64,000 nucleotides of DNA from Alphaproteobacteria bacterium (GTDB lineage: Bacteria > Pseudomonadota > Alphaproteobacteria > Caedimonadales > UBA1908), in contig JAJTHL010000003.1 in assembly GCA_021298595.1 (NCBI GenBank), positions 67,001 through 131,000 on the forward strand, written 5' to 3'. Below the pieces are notes generated by a model, which searched no databases, was not told where the DNA came from, and saw only the letters and a program-made list of their open reading frames with translations. Each line of letters starts with the position of its first letter. Within the stretch, counting starts at the first letter, position 1. A program made the position numbers and the translations under genes. Positions 30,240 to 40,658 of the stretch are shown one piece after another.

Positions 30240-31616
30240 TTAGGAAGTGGCTTCTTGAAGATCTTCTTCCCCTTCTGTGACGTTCTTGAAGGCAGCCACA
30301 AGCTCTTCCAGCGGCAAGTCCTTGTGAGTAATATTGGCTTTGTCGAGGATGAGCTGCACTACCTTATCTTCGAAGATTGGGGCGCGCAGGCTTGCTTGTG
30401 CCGCTTCATTGCTGCGAAAATATTCAACAATATCACGCTCACGCCCAGGATAGGCTCGTGCTGTCTCCATAATGGCACGCTCGAGTTCTCGCTGTGTCAC
30501 ACCAACTTCGTATTGACGACCAACCTCAGCAAGAACAAGACCCAAGCGGACACGCCTCACGGCGATCTCTTTATATTGTGCCTTGTCTTTTTCCATTTCC
30601 TCAGGGGTGGGCTTTTCTTCCTCAGCGCCCTCGTCATTGGCCGCAGAAGCAGCGCGACTTTCATACTGTTGCCAAATGCTTTCGAACTCAGCTTTTACAA
30701 GTCCTTCCGGCACTTCAAAGGAGAATTTCGAGGCAAGATCATCCAAAACAGCGCGCTTGGCAACAAGGAAAGACATGCGCTCACGATCAGCCGAAATTTG
30801 CGTACGAGCCGCTTCTTTCAGCGCGTCAAGGCTTTCAAACCCAATTTGCTTGGCAAAGGCATCATTCAGTTCTGGCAAAACTTTTGTATGGATTTCCAAA
30901 AGATTGATCTTGAAAATTGTCTCTTGTCCTGCCAAATCCTTTGACGGATAGTCCGCAGGAAAAGTAACGGTAATATCGAAAGACTCACCGGGCTTGTGGC
31001 CCTCGATTTGCTCTTCAAAGCCTGGAATAAAGGTCCCTGAGCCAAGCTCAAGCTTTGTGCCGCTTGCTTTACCACCGGCAAAGGCCACACCATTCAAAAA
31101 GCCTTCGAAATCAATAACGGCAACGTCACCTTTTTTAGCGGCGCGTGCTTTTTTGACTTCTTCTGTGATGGCGTTATTGCCGCGCAGTTGATCAAGAGCC
31201 TTGGTGAGCTCTTCTTCCGGCACAAGGCACCGAAGCTTTTCATAGGAAAGCTTTTCCAAAGTGGGGGCGGTAATCTCTGGCAGAATTTCAACGCTGACAT
31301 CAAGGCTGAGATCGCCTTGCTCTTCGTAGTTTTCTATTTTGACATCTGGACGCAAAGCGATTTTCAATTGGTGCTCTTTAATCAGCGCGCCAACGCCATC
31401 TTGAATTGCTTTTTCAATCACTTCCCCTTGGACACTTGTGCCATAACGCTGTTTCAATATTGGAAGGGGTGCCTTTCCTGGCCTAAAACCTGGAATCTTA
31501 GCGGTCTCACCAATTTTTTGAAGACGCTCGTTTAAGCAGAGCTCTAGGTGATTTTTGGGGATTTTAACTTTAAAGGTTTTTTTCAGGCCTTCCGTTGTGA
31601 GGGCTGTAAATTCCAT
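30240..31616 (-). CDS. tig: Trigger factor
   Basis: N-terminal ribosome-binding GFRPGKAP motif, central FKBP-type PPIase (IDFEGFLNGVAFAGGKA). Position upstream of clpP-clpX-lon. Confidence 0.96.
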   Translation of the reverse strand: MEFTALTTEGLKKTFKVKIPKNHLELCLNERLQKIGETAKIPGFRPGKAPLPILKQRYGTSVQGEVIEKAIQDGVGALIKEHQLKIALRPDVKIENYEEQGDLSLDVSVEILPEITAPTLEKLSYEKLRCLVPEEELTKALDQLRGNNAITEEVKKARAAKKGDVAVIDFEGFLNGVAFAGGKASGTKLELGSGTFIPGFEEQIEGHKPGESFDITVTFPADYPSKDLAGQETIFKINLLEIHTKVLPELNDAFAKQIGFESLDALKEAARTQISADRERMSFLVAKRAVLDDLASKFSFEVPEGLVKAEFESIWQQYESRAASAANDEGAEEEKPTPEEMEKDKAQYKEIAVRRVRLGLVLAEVGRQYEVGVTQRELERAIMETARAYPGRERDIVEYFRSNEAAQASLRAPIFEDKVVQLILDKANITHKDLPLEELVAAFKNVTEGEEDLQEATS

Positions 31617-31671
31617 AGCTGTGCTTCCTTAACTTTCTTTAAGTCTTTATGGCCAACGAAAGGGTCTTCGT

Positions 31672-31756
<85 letters not shown>

Positions 31757-31812
31757 ATGAGCGAATTAGAACCAACACGTCCTTGATACCCTTGATTGAG
31801 ACAAATTGCAAC

Positions 31813-32370
31813 ATGCCCTCTTCACCTCTTTTAAAAAAAATGCGAAAAATATCAGGGTCTCGTTTTGCTGTGGTCCTTTTACGAATGTCTCATCCAAGAT
31901 GGCAACTTATCCATGCTACGGCCCTATGCCTTGGCGGGATAGGATTTTTGTTGATGGGAAAAAGCAGAAGCGGAAAATCGGATTTTGCTCTCCGTCTCAT
32001 CATGGAAGAGGGTGCGCGCCTTGTGGGTGATGATGCTTGTGAGGTGGCATGGTGTTATGGTGGTGCCTTTGTGAGAGGCACGCCTTCTCTCTCTGGCATC
32101 CTTGAGGTTAGACCTTGGGGACCCACCCGTTTGGCACGGGAACAAATTATCCCCCGCGCAAAGCTAGGCTTTGTGTGTACGTTAGATGACAGCGCCCCTT
32201 TTGCACCAGATCTGCATCATAAGGGCATAGACGTTCCTGTCTATCCCGTTGCGCCCTTCGAAAGAGCTGCGAGCGCTAAACTCAGGCTGCTGGTGCAAGG
32301 GGTGCAAGGTTTGTCGTCACCGGAGCCTCTTTGTCTTGATTTTCCCAAGCGGGTAAAACCGCCCCTTTAA
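31813..32370 (+). CDS. hprK: HPr kinase/phosphorylase-like protein (short alphaproteobacterial form, catalytic domain only)
   Basis: IHATALCLGGIGFLLMGKSRSGKSDFALRLI..GARLVGDDACEV...LSGILEVRPWG matches the HprK C-terminal P-loop domain. The true start may be 31813, 31840 or 31885. The track start at 31690 lies inside tRNA-Leu. Confidence 0.75.
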   Translation: MPSSPLLKKMRKISGSRFAVVLLRMSHPRWQLIHATALCLGGIGFLLMGKSRSGKSDFALRLIMEEGARLVGDDACEVAWCYGGAFVRGTPSLSGILEVRPWGPTRLAREQIIPRAKLGFVCTLDDSAPFAPDLHHKGIDVPVYPVAPFERAASAKLRLLVQGVQGLSSPEPLCLDFPKRVKPPL

Positions 32371-33130
32371 ATTTGTTTTGAATGAACTTTCTCGTGGCGT
32401 CTGCGTGATAAAGGCTTACGAGCTTTTTGATTTCTGGTTTATCCACGTCGCACGCTTTTGTGACAAGAATGTTCGCATAAGGCGAAGTTGTGTCTTCTTT
32501 TGCAAGGGCTTTTTGAGGATCCAAGCCAGAGACCAGCACCCAGTCCGTGTTGATCACAGCGATATCCACATCGGGCAAGACACGGGGCAGCTGAGGGGCT
32601 TCCACTTCCACAATCTTTAAGTGCTTGGGATTCGTCGCAATATCTAGCACACTTGGCGCCAGGCCTGCTTCTGGTTTTAAGGTCAAGAGGCCCATCTTTT
32701 CCAAAAGCCGTAGGGCCCTACCTCCATTGGTCACATCATTGGGAATGGCGATCTTCGCCCCGTACGGCAAAGCGGCAAGATCAGTCAGTTTCTCGGCGTA
32801 AACTCCAAACGGCATTAGAACAGTTTTTGCTACGCTCGCAAGCTTAAGCCCTCTTGTCTCGTTCTGATCCTTTAAAAAGGGCTCGTGTTGGTAGGAGTTC
32901 GCGTCGATGTCGCCTTCTGAAAGGGCTGTATTGGGTAAAATAAAGTCATTGAATTCGATGACTTCGATCTCAAGGCCCTCCTTTTTGCCCTCTTCTTTGA
33001 GAAAGGCCATGATGTCAGCGTGGGGCCCTGCCGTCACGCCTACTTTAAGTTTAGCATGGACGTTTTGAAAAGCGCTCACAAGCACCAAGCTTGCGCACAA
33101 AAGCACCGTTTTCTTTCCGAAAAATGACAC
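32282..33130 (-). CDS. metQ: Methionine ABC transporter substrate-binding protein MetQ (NlpA family)
   Basis: Signal peptide then KLKVGVTAGPHADI..., NSYQHEPFL, and the NlpA-family C-terminal end. Last gene of metNIQ. GTG 33130 lies directly after the metI stop. The track ORF begins at 33166. Confidence 0.9.
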   Translation of the reverse strand: MSFFGKKTVLLCASLVLVSAFQNVHAKLKVGVTAGPHADIMAFLKEEGKKEGLEIEVIEFNDFILPNTALSEGDIDANSYQHEPFLKDQNETRGLKLASVAKTVLMPFGVYAEKLTDLAALPYGAKIAIPNDVTNGGRALRLLEKMGLLTLKPEAGLAPSVLDIATNPKHLKIVEVEAPQLPRVLPDVDIAVINTDWVLVSGLDPQKALAKEDTTSPYANILVTKACDVDKPEIKKLVSLYHADATRKFIQNKFKGAVLPAWENQDKEAPVTTNLAPLAPAA

Positions 33131-33131
33131 G

Positions 33132-33770
33132 TTACTTCTCCAATCTTTTAGTCCAATAGTCACCAAGACTTTGTACGATTTGCACTAGAATAACCAAAAC
33201 GACGACAATTTCAAGGATCATCATGGTATCATAGCGTTGATACCCATACCGGATGGCAAGATCCCCAAGACCACCCCCACCCACTGTGCCCGCCATGGCG
33301 GAAAAACCAATGAGATTCACAATGACAAGGGTGATACCAGATACAAGGGAGGGCAGTGCCTCGGGCAAAAGAATTTTTGTGACCATCTTAAAGCGCGTGG
33401 CACCCATGGAAATGGCGGCCATCAAAGGTCCTTTCGGCAGCACACGAAGCGCTTCTTCACACACACGCGCGGTTAACAGAATCGCTGCCACGGACAAAGG
33501 CACGCAGGCCGCCAAAGTCCCTAGGGATGTCCCCACCAGCCACCTGGTCACGGGCAAGAGCGCAATCACAAGTATAAGATACGGCACAGAACGAAGGGCG
33601 TTCACTAGAAAGGATGACACAGCCCTAAGACTCTTGTTCTTCAAAAGGGCCTCTTCCGTGCTGGCAAAAAGAAGCACACCCAGGGGGACGCCCCCTAGGA
33701 CCCCCATCACACTTGCCATAATGACCATAACAAGCGTTTCTATAAGACTGCTAAAAAACAGATCAACCAT
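33132..33770 (-). CDS. metI: Methionine ABC transporter permease MetI
   Basis: Five-TM permease with an EAA-type loop (EEALRVLPKGPLMAAISMGATRFKMV). Confidence 0.92.
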   Translation of the reverse strand: MVDLFFSSLIETLVMVIMASVMGVLGGVPLGVLLFASTEEALLKNKSLRAVSSFLVNALRSVPYLILVIALLPVTRWLVGTSLGTLAACVPLSVAAILLTARVCEEALRVLPKGPLMAAISMGATRFKMVTKILLPEALPSLVSGITLVIVNLIGFSAMAGTVGGGGLGDLAIRYGYQRYDTMMILEIVVVLVILVQIVQSLGDYWTKRLEK

Positions 33771-34812
33771 CTGACAAATAACCTAAAAATGTTGTGATCA
33801 CTTTCTTTCCCGTTAAATATTCTTTGGTACGTTCAATCAAACTTTCATCATAAGGGACCGACACGATCAAGGTCCCGCAAAGAGAATCCCCCAACGGATC
33901 AAGGGCTCCACCTGCGATATTGAGGGGGATTTGCTGCTCGCGGATCAACCCGGCCACAACGGCTTCTTTAGCGCTTGCACCGGTAAAGAACAACTGAAAC
34001 AAGGCCTGACTCGTTTCTGGGGTAGGCTCTTCTGTCAATCGCCGACTAATGACCCTAGGCACCCGTGCGTTAAAAAGATGCTGAACCAGAGCGGCCGTGA
34101 CCTCGTGAGTGGGCGCTTGGAAGACCCTTTCCACCCGGCCTTTCTCTACCACGCATCCTTGGTCCATGACCACTACATCGGTACACAGATCCCGCACAAT
34201 GGCCATTTCATGGGTAATCAAAACAATGGTAAGGCCAAGCTTATGATTGAGATCAGAGAGAAGGCTTAGAATTTCTTGGGTGGTTTCGGGATCAAGGGCT
34301 GAGGTTGCTTCATCGCACAATAGAACATGGGGCTCACATGCAAGGGCCCTTGCAATGGCCACGCGTTGAGCTTGGCCACCACTTAACTCTCTTGGGTAGG
34401 CAGCCTGTTTGGCCTCGAGTCCCACAAGGGCCAAAGCCTCTAGAGCGCGCCTTTGACATTCCTTTTTGGAAAACCCCATAAATTCAAGACCGAGAGCAAC
34501 ATTTTCAAGGGCAGTACGACGCCTAAGCAAATTAAAATGCTGAAAAATCATGCCGATTTTCTGACGCACAAACCGGAGCTGAGATGGCGCATAAGCATCA
34601 AGGGATTGATCTTCGAAATAAAGGTGACCGGCATCAGGTTTTTCAAGACCATTGAGGCAACGAAGAAGGGTACTTTTTCCAGCACCACTCTTACCCACAA
34701 TACCCGTAATTGAGCCCTTGCCTATCTGGAAGGATACGTCTTTTAAAGCCCATACATCCCCCACGCCGCTTTGAAAGCGTCTTGAGATGCTATCTACACG
34801 AAAAATATCCAC
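33763..34812 (-). CDS. metN: Methionine ABC transporter ATP-binding protein MetN
   Basis: Walker A GKSGAGKSTLLRC, signature LSGGQAQRVAIARAL, Walker B LLCDEATSALDP, plus a C-terminal NIL regulatory domain. Confidence 0.94.
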   Translation of the reverse strand: MDIFRVDSISRRFQSGVGDVWALKDVSFQIGKGSITGIVGKSGAGKSTLLRCLNGLEKPDAGHLYFEDQSLDAYAPSQLRFVRQKIGMIFQHFNLLRRRTALENVALGLEFMGFSKKECQRRALEALALVGLEAKQAAYPRELSGGQAQRVAIARALACEPHVLLCDEATSALDPETTQEILSLLSDLNHKLGLTIVLITHEMAIVRDLCTDVVVMDQGCVVEKGRVERVFQAPTHEVTAALVQHLFNARVPRVISRRLTEEPTPETSQALFQLFFTGASAKEAVVAGLIREQQIPLNIAGGALDPLGDSLCGTLIVSVPYDESLIERTKEYLTGKKVITTFLGYLSDG

Positions 34813-34869
34813 GTTTTATCCCTTCCGATGAACCTCTCCCCTCAAGGGAATAGGACCATAAGAGTTGAC

Positions 34870-37080
34870 TTATTTTGTGTGCAAATGCAAGACCCCATCC
34901 CAATCTTCAGGAGGAGGCTCGTTAATAAACGCCTTACAGCGCTCAATGTACAAGATGGCAACTGGATCTTTTGGTTTCTTCATAAGCACTTGCTCATAAA
35001 GGGCAATAGAGCCTTCCCAGTCTCTGGCAAGGTACTTTTCAAAGGCTTGCGCAGTCAGGTCACACCAAAGCTCTTGCTCGGGCGTTGCGGCGAACTCAGG
35101 ATCCTCTGTATACTGGGCAACAAGCTCAAAAATGCGGACCCCTTTTTCTTTCCCTTTTACAGCCACGATATCCAATGGACGCGTCAAAAAGCTACCTTGT
35201 AACGCGTCATGGACAAATTCGCTGATCAACATGTATGTATGATAGACCTTGTTAATGCCCTCAAGACGCGAAGCAAGATTCACCTGATCCCCAATGATCG
35301 TATAGTTCATCCGGTCCGCTGATCCCATATTGCCTACAATGACCTCGCCAAAATTTAGGCCAATACGTGTGGGAAGGGCCGGCAATCCTTTCAAACGCCA
35401 TTGTTGGTTGAGTGTTTCCAGCCTTTTTGAGCACTTAAGAGCCGCTTTGCAAGCGTTGATGGCGGCTCTGGGATCTTCTTCTGGTGCGCCCCAGAAAGCC
35501 ATGATGGAATCCCCAATGTACTTATCAATGGTTCCCTTATAGATCAAAACAATGTTACTGAGTTCACTGATGTAGGTTGAGAGGTGATTCATCAACGCAT
35601 CCGAGTCCATATTTTCTGAGATGCTGGTAAAATTCTCAATATCTGAGAACAAAATCGCCACATTACGCCGCTCGCCACCCAGGCTAACGGCGTTTCCCTT
35701 TTGAATGAGCGTACGGACAAGATTTTTAGGCACAAACTTACCAAAGGCAGAAAGTCCTTCCCGCATGGCATTCAAGGCATTTTCCATTTGCGTAATTTCA
35801 AAAAAGTGAGACTCAAGGGGTTTGGGGGGATCAAGATCAAGATCTCTGATACGGCGCATTTGACCAGCTAAAACTTCGATGGGGTATGAAATTTTTTGTG
35901 CGAATACCACAAGCAAAATAATCGAACCAAACAAAATAACTAGCGAGATGAGAATCACGTCTTTACTGATTTCACGAATGGGGCCCATAAAGTCATCATA
36001 GGGAGCAACTAGGCCAAGAATCCAATCTTGTGAAAAAAGATCACCAAAGTAAGAAAAATTTGCCACATATCTGATATCTTCCTTGGTATATTGAAAGTGT
36101 TGCTTTCCTTCTTTCAAGAATACGTTATAGGCTTCTAAAATATTGTTCTCGCCAAGCTCATTCACTTTAGCAAGGCGCATACCGGCCTCAGGTCCCACAA
36201 TACTTTGAACTTGGTGGGTCATAATATAGTTTTTACCCTGATCTGGAAAAGCGACAACCTCGCCTTTCTTGTTGATGATAAAGTTAATGCCCGAACGACT
36301 TGCCTTTTGACGACGCAGAAGAAGGGAAATGTTATCAATACCAATGTCGCAGGCCAGGGCGCCGACAAACTTTCCTTTGTGATCAAAAAGAGGAACCGTT
36401 GCCGTTACTACGAAGTCCGATGAAAACCAACTGGGATAAACGTCTGACCAATTGGGCTTAAGCTCCGTTTTAGTTTTCACGTACCAGTCTCTTTTTCGGT
36501 TGTCATATTGCTCCGATGGCTTGACGTTTGGTTTGTATTCGCGGGCGAGCTCTTTTCCCGTTTTATCAATATAGGACCTCGATTCCTTATACTGACCCCC
36601 TCTTCTATCAACAATATCAAGCACATATGCGCTTTCATGCGGAATAGGTTTATCTAAATCGTACAAGTATACGCGTTTGTCAGGAATATGACCTACGGAC
36701 ACCATATTGCCTTCCTCGTCGGACGCAAAAACAAGGGTTGTTTGCTCGAGCGCGTCAAGACATCCCCTCAAAAAGGCAATCACAGGGGCATTCTCAAGGA
36801 TGGGTGCGTCGGCCGCGCGCTCGACCGATGAGCCAAGGGTCATAATCTTCATGGCTGGGGTAAAATATGAGATGGTGTCGTCTACAATGGTTTTTTGTGT
36901 TTTACTAATAAGGTCTTGGGCGGTCAATTCGACAGCCTTTTGGATGTTAAGATGGGTATAAGTTGTGGTCAATACAATGGATGACACCAAAAGGCCCACA
37001 AAGATTCCAAGGATCCCAAATCGAATCCTGTGCTGTCCTTTAAAAACACCCAGAAAAGAAAGAACCCTTTCTTTTTGCAC
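34870..37080 (-). CDS. Membrane sensor adenylate/guanylate cyclase (class III) with periplasmic Cache-like domain, HAMP and C-terminal helical tail
   Basis: TM, about 330-aa extracytoplasmic domain, TM, HAMP-like linker, then the cyclase core (VAILFSDIENFTSISE...YKGTIDKYIGDSIMAFWGAP...RIGLNFGEVIVGNMGS..RMNYTIIGDQVNLASRLEG). Confidence 0.88.
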   Translation of the reverse strand: MQKERVLSFLGVFKGQHRIRFGILGIFVGLLVSSIVLTTTYTHLNIQKAVELTAQDLISKTQKTIVDDTISYFTPAMKIMTLGSSVERAADAPILENAPVIAFLRGCLDALEQTTLVFASDEEGNMVSVGHIPDKRVYLYDLDKPIPHESAYVLDIVDRRGGQYKESRSYIDKTGKELAREYKPNVKPSEQYDNRKRDWYVKTKTELKPNWSDVYPSWFSSDFVVTATVPLFDHKGKFVGALACDIGIDNISLLLRRQKASRSGINFIINKKGEVVAFPDQGKNYIMTHQVQSIVGPEAGMRLAKVNELGENNILEAYNVFLKEGKQHFQYTKEDIRYVANFSYFGDLFSQDWILGLVAPYDDFMGPIREISKDVILISLVILFGSIILLVVFAQKISYPIEVLAGQMRRIRDLDLDPPKPLESHFFEITQMENALNAMREGLSAFGKFVPKNLVRTLIQKGNAVSLGGERRNVAILFSDIENFTSISENMDSDALMNHLSTYISELSNIVLIYKGTIDKYIGDSIMAFWGAPEEDPRAAINACKAALKCSKRLETLNQQWRLKGLPALPTRIGLNFGEVIVGNMGSADRMNYTIIGDQVNLASRLEGINKVYHTYMLISEFVHDALQGSFLTRPLDIVAVKGKEKGVRIFELVAQYTEDPEFAATPEQELWCDLTAQAFEKYLARDWEGSIALYEQVLMKKPKDPVAILYIERCKAFINEPPPEDWDGVLHLHTK

Positions 37081-37223
37081 AACCTTACCCCTGCTTTATA
37101 TTTTATTTCGTTGAGTTTATCATGTTCATGGTGCGGTGAAAATAGACCCACCTCTTAAAAAGATGTTTCCCTTGGTTTTTTTTTCTGTCATAGGTGATCT
37201 GTCGTTCGTTTACGCTTCTTTCC

Positions 37224-37400
37224 ATGAGTACCTTTCAAGCGCCTTCGTCAAATGATCTCTGTCCTTTATGCCATAAAACCACTGACCATCATTTTCGCCC
37301 GTTCTGTTCAAAACGATGCAAAGAAGTGGATTTAGGTCGGTGGTTTCAAGAAACTTATCGCGTACCATCCAATGGGGATGGCAATGAGGTGACCGATTGA
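37224..37400 (+). CDS. yacG: DNA gyrase inhibitor YacG (zinc-ribbon protein)
   Basis: CPLCHK...RPFCSKRCKEVDLGRW matches the YacG zinc finger and C-terminal Trp motif. Confidence 0.8.
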   Translation: MSTFQAPSSNDLCPLCHKTTDHHFRPFCSKRCKEVDLGRWFQETYRVPSNGDGNEVTD

Positions 37401-37434
37401 CAGCGCAGTTTATACCTTTGCGCTTACTTCGCTG

Positions 37435-38103
37435 TCAGACATTGTTTTGCAAATCCATCTGATCACTCTCGTGACGTAATTTATTCACAAAATCCGCCAT
37501 GCCTCGCAGTCGCCGACGCTTTAAGCGTTCACTGGATAGAATGCCGTGAATTTGGGCCAAGGTTCTATCAAGATCACGGTTTACAACCACATAATCATAC
37601 TCCGCCCAGTGACTCATTTCATCGTTGGCGCGGGCCATGCGCCTTAGCACGACCTCTTCTGAATCTTGGGCGCGATTTCTTAGACGCCTTTCCAGCTCTT
37701 GTCTACTAGGAGGCAATATAAACACTTTTACCACATCCCCTTGAGCCGAGTAGGTCAAAGACTGCGCCCCTTGCCAGTCAATATCAAAAAGCACGTCAAA
37801 GCCGTCGCAAAGCGCGCGCTCTACAGGGGCTTTGGGGGTCCCGTAATATTGATCAAAAACGCAAGCTGATTCAAGGAACTCACCTGCCTCTCTTAGGCGT
37901 CTAAATTCTTCATGGGTCACAAAATGGTAATCTTTGCCATTAACCTCACCAGGTCTTGGGGGACGCGTTGTGGCAGAAATGGAAACGGTCAAACGGGGGT
38001 CCCCTTCAAGAAGACGTCTTGTCAGGGTAGTTTTTCCCGCGCCAGAAGGAGATGACAGGACAAACATGAGCCCACGCCTGGGAATTTCTTGAGAAGCCGG
38101 CAC
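37435..38103 (-). CDS. gmk: Guanylate kinase
   Basis: P-loop SSPSGAGKTTL, TTRPPRPGEVNGKDYHFV, and a YDYVVVN-type end. Confidence 0.95.
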   Translation of the reverse strand: MPASQEIPRRGLMFVLSSPSGAGKTTLTRRLLEGDPRLTVSISATTRPPRPGEVNGKDYHFVTHEEFRRLREAGEFLESACVFDQYYGTPKAPVERALCDGFDVLFDIDWQGAQSLTYSAQGDVVKVFILPPSRQELERRLRNRAQDSEEVVLRRMARANDEMSHWAEYDYVVVNRDLDRTLAQIHGILSSERLKRRRLRGMADFVNKLRHESDQMDLQNNV

Positions 38104-38203
38104 ACCAAAACCCTATTGCAAACCATGGAAGATCTTACCATTACACGTGATTTTGGTCCAGTTGCTTGAAGGGGTGGCCCAAGACTTGTCCCTACAACTG
38201 TTT

Positions 38204-39274
38204 TTAACTCTCAAAAGCTTTCTTCACAAAAAGAATATGAAGATCTTCTTGAGGTTTAAAGTTGGTGAGATGCAAGGACAGAACTCCTTGGGCATCTTGG
38301 GTGTATGCTGCCCCTTGCGGCGCACAGAAGGTGGCGATCATGCCCGTTAATGGTTTCACTTTCAAAGTAAAGTCTTTGATTGGCCCTTTCCAATTAGCCC
38401 CCGTTTTCAGAACATAATCTACGACAGCAATACGCCTCACTTGCGGAACATTGGAGGAGGCATTGTTTTGAAATAGTCCCAGAATGGTTTTTTCAAATTC
38501 GGGACGAGGACAGAATTCTTTCCAAGTGAGTTTAGCCTCAGCAAGGGAGAGATCTTCAAGGGACTTGCCTTTCCCTTGAAGATAAGCCCAATAATAGCCT
38601 GTGGCAGGCTTGTACGTGTGTGTTACAAGGCTTTTCTTTTGCGGGGGAAAACGCTGTGTCCAGTAAAAAATCGTATGGTCTTGCCATCTCGGCATCCCTT
38701 TTTCATCGAGCAAACCTAGTTTTTTTACTTTCTTTTTAAGGGCCGGATTTCTATCAAGCCAACTCTCTTCTTGGATACCCAAAAGAAAGGCGCGTGAGAG
38801 GGGGATCCGGTTTTTAGCCAGAAGTTTTGTAATATCTTTGCCATCGGGAAGAAGGGCGACAACTTTGCTAAGATAACCGTAGCTTTCTCCGTCGACTGTC
38901 CGTTTAAAATTCAAAAAAGGACGCGCTTCCAAAACAGAAGCAAGGGAGGATGTTTCCTCTTCTGTATAGCGTTCCAGTTTTTTATACGCAAAGTACTGCT
39001 CGTCCCAGATTTCCGAGTAAGGCGTCATGGTGGGCAAAGGAAAGGCCACCTCGGCCGTGATCTCGTGGTTTGCATGATTAAAGAATTCATAGGAAACGCT
39101 GACCTCTTCGGGCGAAATGGTTAGTTCCTCCCTTTGCATTTCAACGTCGTCGCTGACTTTATACACGATCTCGCCCGACTTCACGGACGCCAGGGTGTCA
39201 TTGGCCTTTGCCGAAAGGGCGCCCAGAAGACACAAAACGCTGCCCCAGATCACTTTAGATGTACGCATCCCCAC
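38204..39274 (-). CDS. Secreted hypothetical protein, possibly DUF4424 family
   Basis: Clear signal peptide (VLCLLGALSAKA) on a 356-aa ORF. The N-terminal region (EELTISPEEVSVSYEFFNHANHEITAEVAFPLP) resembles what I recall of DUF4424. Coding status is strong, the family call tentative. Confidence 0.6.
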   Translation of the reverse strand: MGMRTSKVIWGSVLCLLGALSAKANDTLASVKSGEIVYKVSDDVEMQREELTISPEEVSVSYEFFNHANHEITAEVAFPLPTMTPYSEIWDEQYFAYKKLERYTEEETSSLASVLEARPFLNFKRTVDGESYGYLSKVVALLPDGKDITKLLAKNRIPLSRAFLLGIQEESWLDRNPALKKKVKKLGLLDEKGMPRWQDHTIFYWTQRFPPQKKSLVTHTYKPATGYYWAYLQGKGKSLEDLSLAEAKLTWKEFCPRPEFEKTILGLFQNNASSNVPQVRRIAVVDYVLKTGANWKGPIKDFTLKVKPLTGMIATFCAPQGAAYTQDAQGVLSLHLTNFKPQEDLHILFVKKAFES

Positions 39275-39333
39275 CCCTTTTTCTTTTATCCTTCTTCATA
39301 GTGCCTGCAGCTTTTGTCAGACGCAAGGGCGCG

Positions 39334-40089
39334 TTATCTAAGCCCTGCGGTTAATAGTTCCTCAAGTCCTTTTTTATTTTCAAGAATCTCCCTTGCCTGC
39401 GCTGTATAGGTCCCATCATCTTCGTGTACAATCAGGGGGAAAATGTTTTGCAAGGGTGTTTTTACACCTTTGCGACCCGTTAAAAGGAATCTTTTACATG
39501 GACCACCCGCCTTTGATAAAATTGGATATAGACAAATTCCCCCAACGCGCCTCCATAAAAAAGCCATGATTTGGTCCAAGCGATCCGTGCGGTGGATCAT
39601 GGTGAAGGTGCCCCTATCCTTTAAAAGGCAAAGACACGCCTTAAGCCATCCCTCTACGTTTTGGTGAGCATCTTCGTGGTGCGCTTTCATTTTTAGGGTG
39701 TTTGGAGGCGGTGTGTGTCCTGCCTCCATGAACGGAGGGTTCGTCATCACGTGATCAAAGCACGGCGCTTTTGGAAAATTAGACAGCCCAAACAGGTCAT
39801 CACAAAATCCCTCAACGCGCGCCTCGACGCCGGTATCACAGGCGTTTTGTCGCAAAAGGGTGACGAGCGTCTCTTCGCGTTCAAGGGCGCTCACCAGACA
39901 ACCAGGCACGCGCACAGCAAGACAAAGGCTTGCCGCCCCCACGCCTGCCCCGACGTCAAGGACCCGTTCACCAGGACCCGCGTTGCAGGCGGCGGCTAAG
40001 TATACAGGATCGATCCCCGCTCGGTAACCCATTCGCAGTTGGCGCAGGTGTACCGCGCCCTTTAATAAATAATCTTGGGTTGTGTCCAT
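39334..40089 (-). CDS. SAM-dependent N6-adenine methyltransferase (tRNA1-Val m6A37 YfiC/TrmN6-like)
   Basis: GYRAGIDPVYLAA, SAM motif VLDVGAGVGAASL, and the catalytic NPPF tetrad (VMTNPPFMEAG). The track ORF extends to 40140. Confidence 0.8.
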   Translation of the reverse strand: MDTTQDYLLKGAVHLRQLRMGYRAGIDPVYLAAACNAGPGERVLDVGAGVGAASLCLAVRVPGCLVSALEREETLVTLLRQNACDTGVEARVEGFCDDLFGLSNFPKAPCFDHVMTNPPFMEAGHTPPPNTLKMKAHHEDAHQNVEGWLKACLCLLKDRGTFTMIHRTDRLDQIMAFLWRRVGGICLYPILSKAGGPCKRFLLTGRKGVKTPLQNIFPLIVHEDDGTYTAQAREILENKKGLEELLTAGLR

Positions 40090-40154
40090 CTTCCTTATTG
40101 CGCGCACTTTTTCTTGGCGATACCCTACCACAGAAAGCACATTAAAGGGATGGG

Positions 40155-40604
40155 ATGGTGGAAGATATTCTAGGGGGTTTTTTTATACTAACTGCCCTTT
40201 ATCTCATTTATATTGATATAAAAACATATTCTTTACCAAACTGGGGTGTGAGCTTTGTTGCCTTACTCGGCATCATCTATATCATGAACGGCGACGCATC
40301 GATGATGAATGCCTTTGTTTCCAGCATACTTCTCATGGGGTTAATGATGACCCTAAAGGCGCTCTGTGAAAAAAAAAGTAAGGTCCCGATCTTGGGCGGG
40401 GGAGATATCAAGCTTTTCGGCGCCCTTGGCCTTTGGCTCACGCCCCAGGATCTTCCATACTTTTTAATGGGTGTTGGCGGAGCCGGTATTCTCTGGGCTT
40501 TCCTTTGGCAACGCGTCGTTCAAAAAAGAATTTTTCCTTTTGCTCCGCCTATTTACGCGGGTTATGGCATTCTTTGTATTGCTAGGGTTTGCAAGTGGCT
40601 TTAA
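40155..40604 (+). CDS. A24-family prepilin peptidase (CpaA-like, short form)
   Basis: Polytopic 149-aa membrane protein with GGGDIKLFGALGLWL, the second catalytic Asp motif of A24 peptidases. Confidence 0.7.
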   Translation: MVEDILGGFFILTALYLIYIDIKTYSLPNWGVSFVALLGIIYIMNGDASMMNAFVSSILLMGLMMTLKALCEKKSKVPILGGGDIKLFGALGLWLTPQDLPYFLMGVGGAGILWAFLWQRVVQKRIFPFAPPIYAGYGILCIARVCKWL

Positions 40605-40658
40605 TTAGGGCATGCTATAAACGGATACTTTTCATAAACACAACAGGAGAGCGTACAT

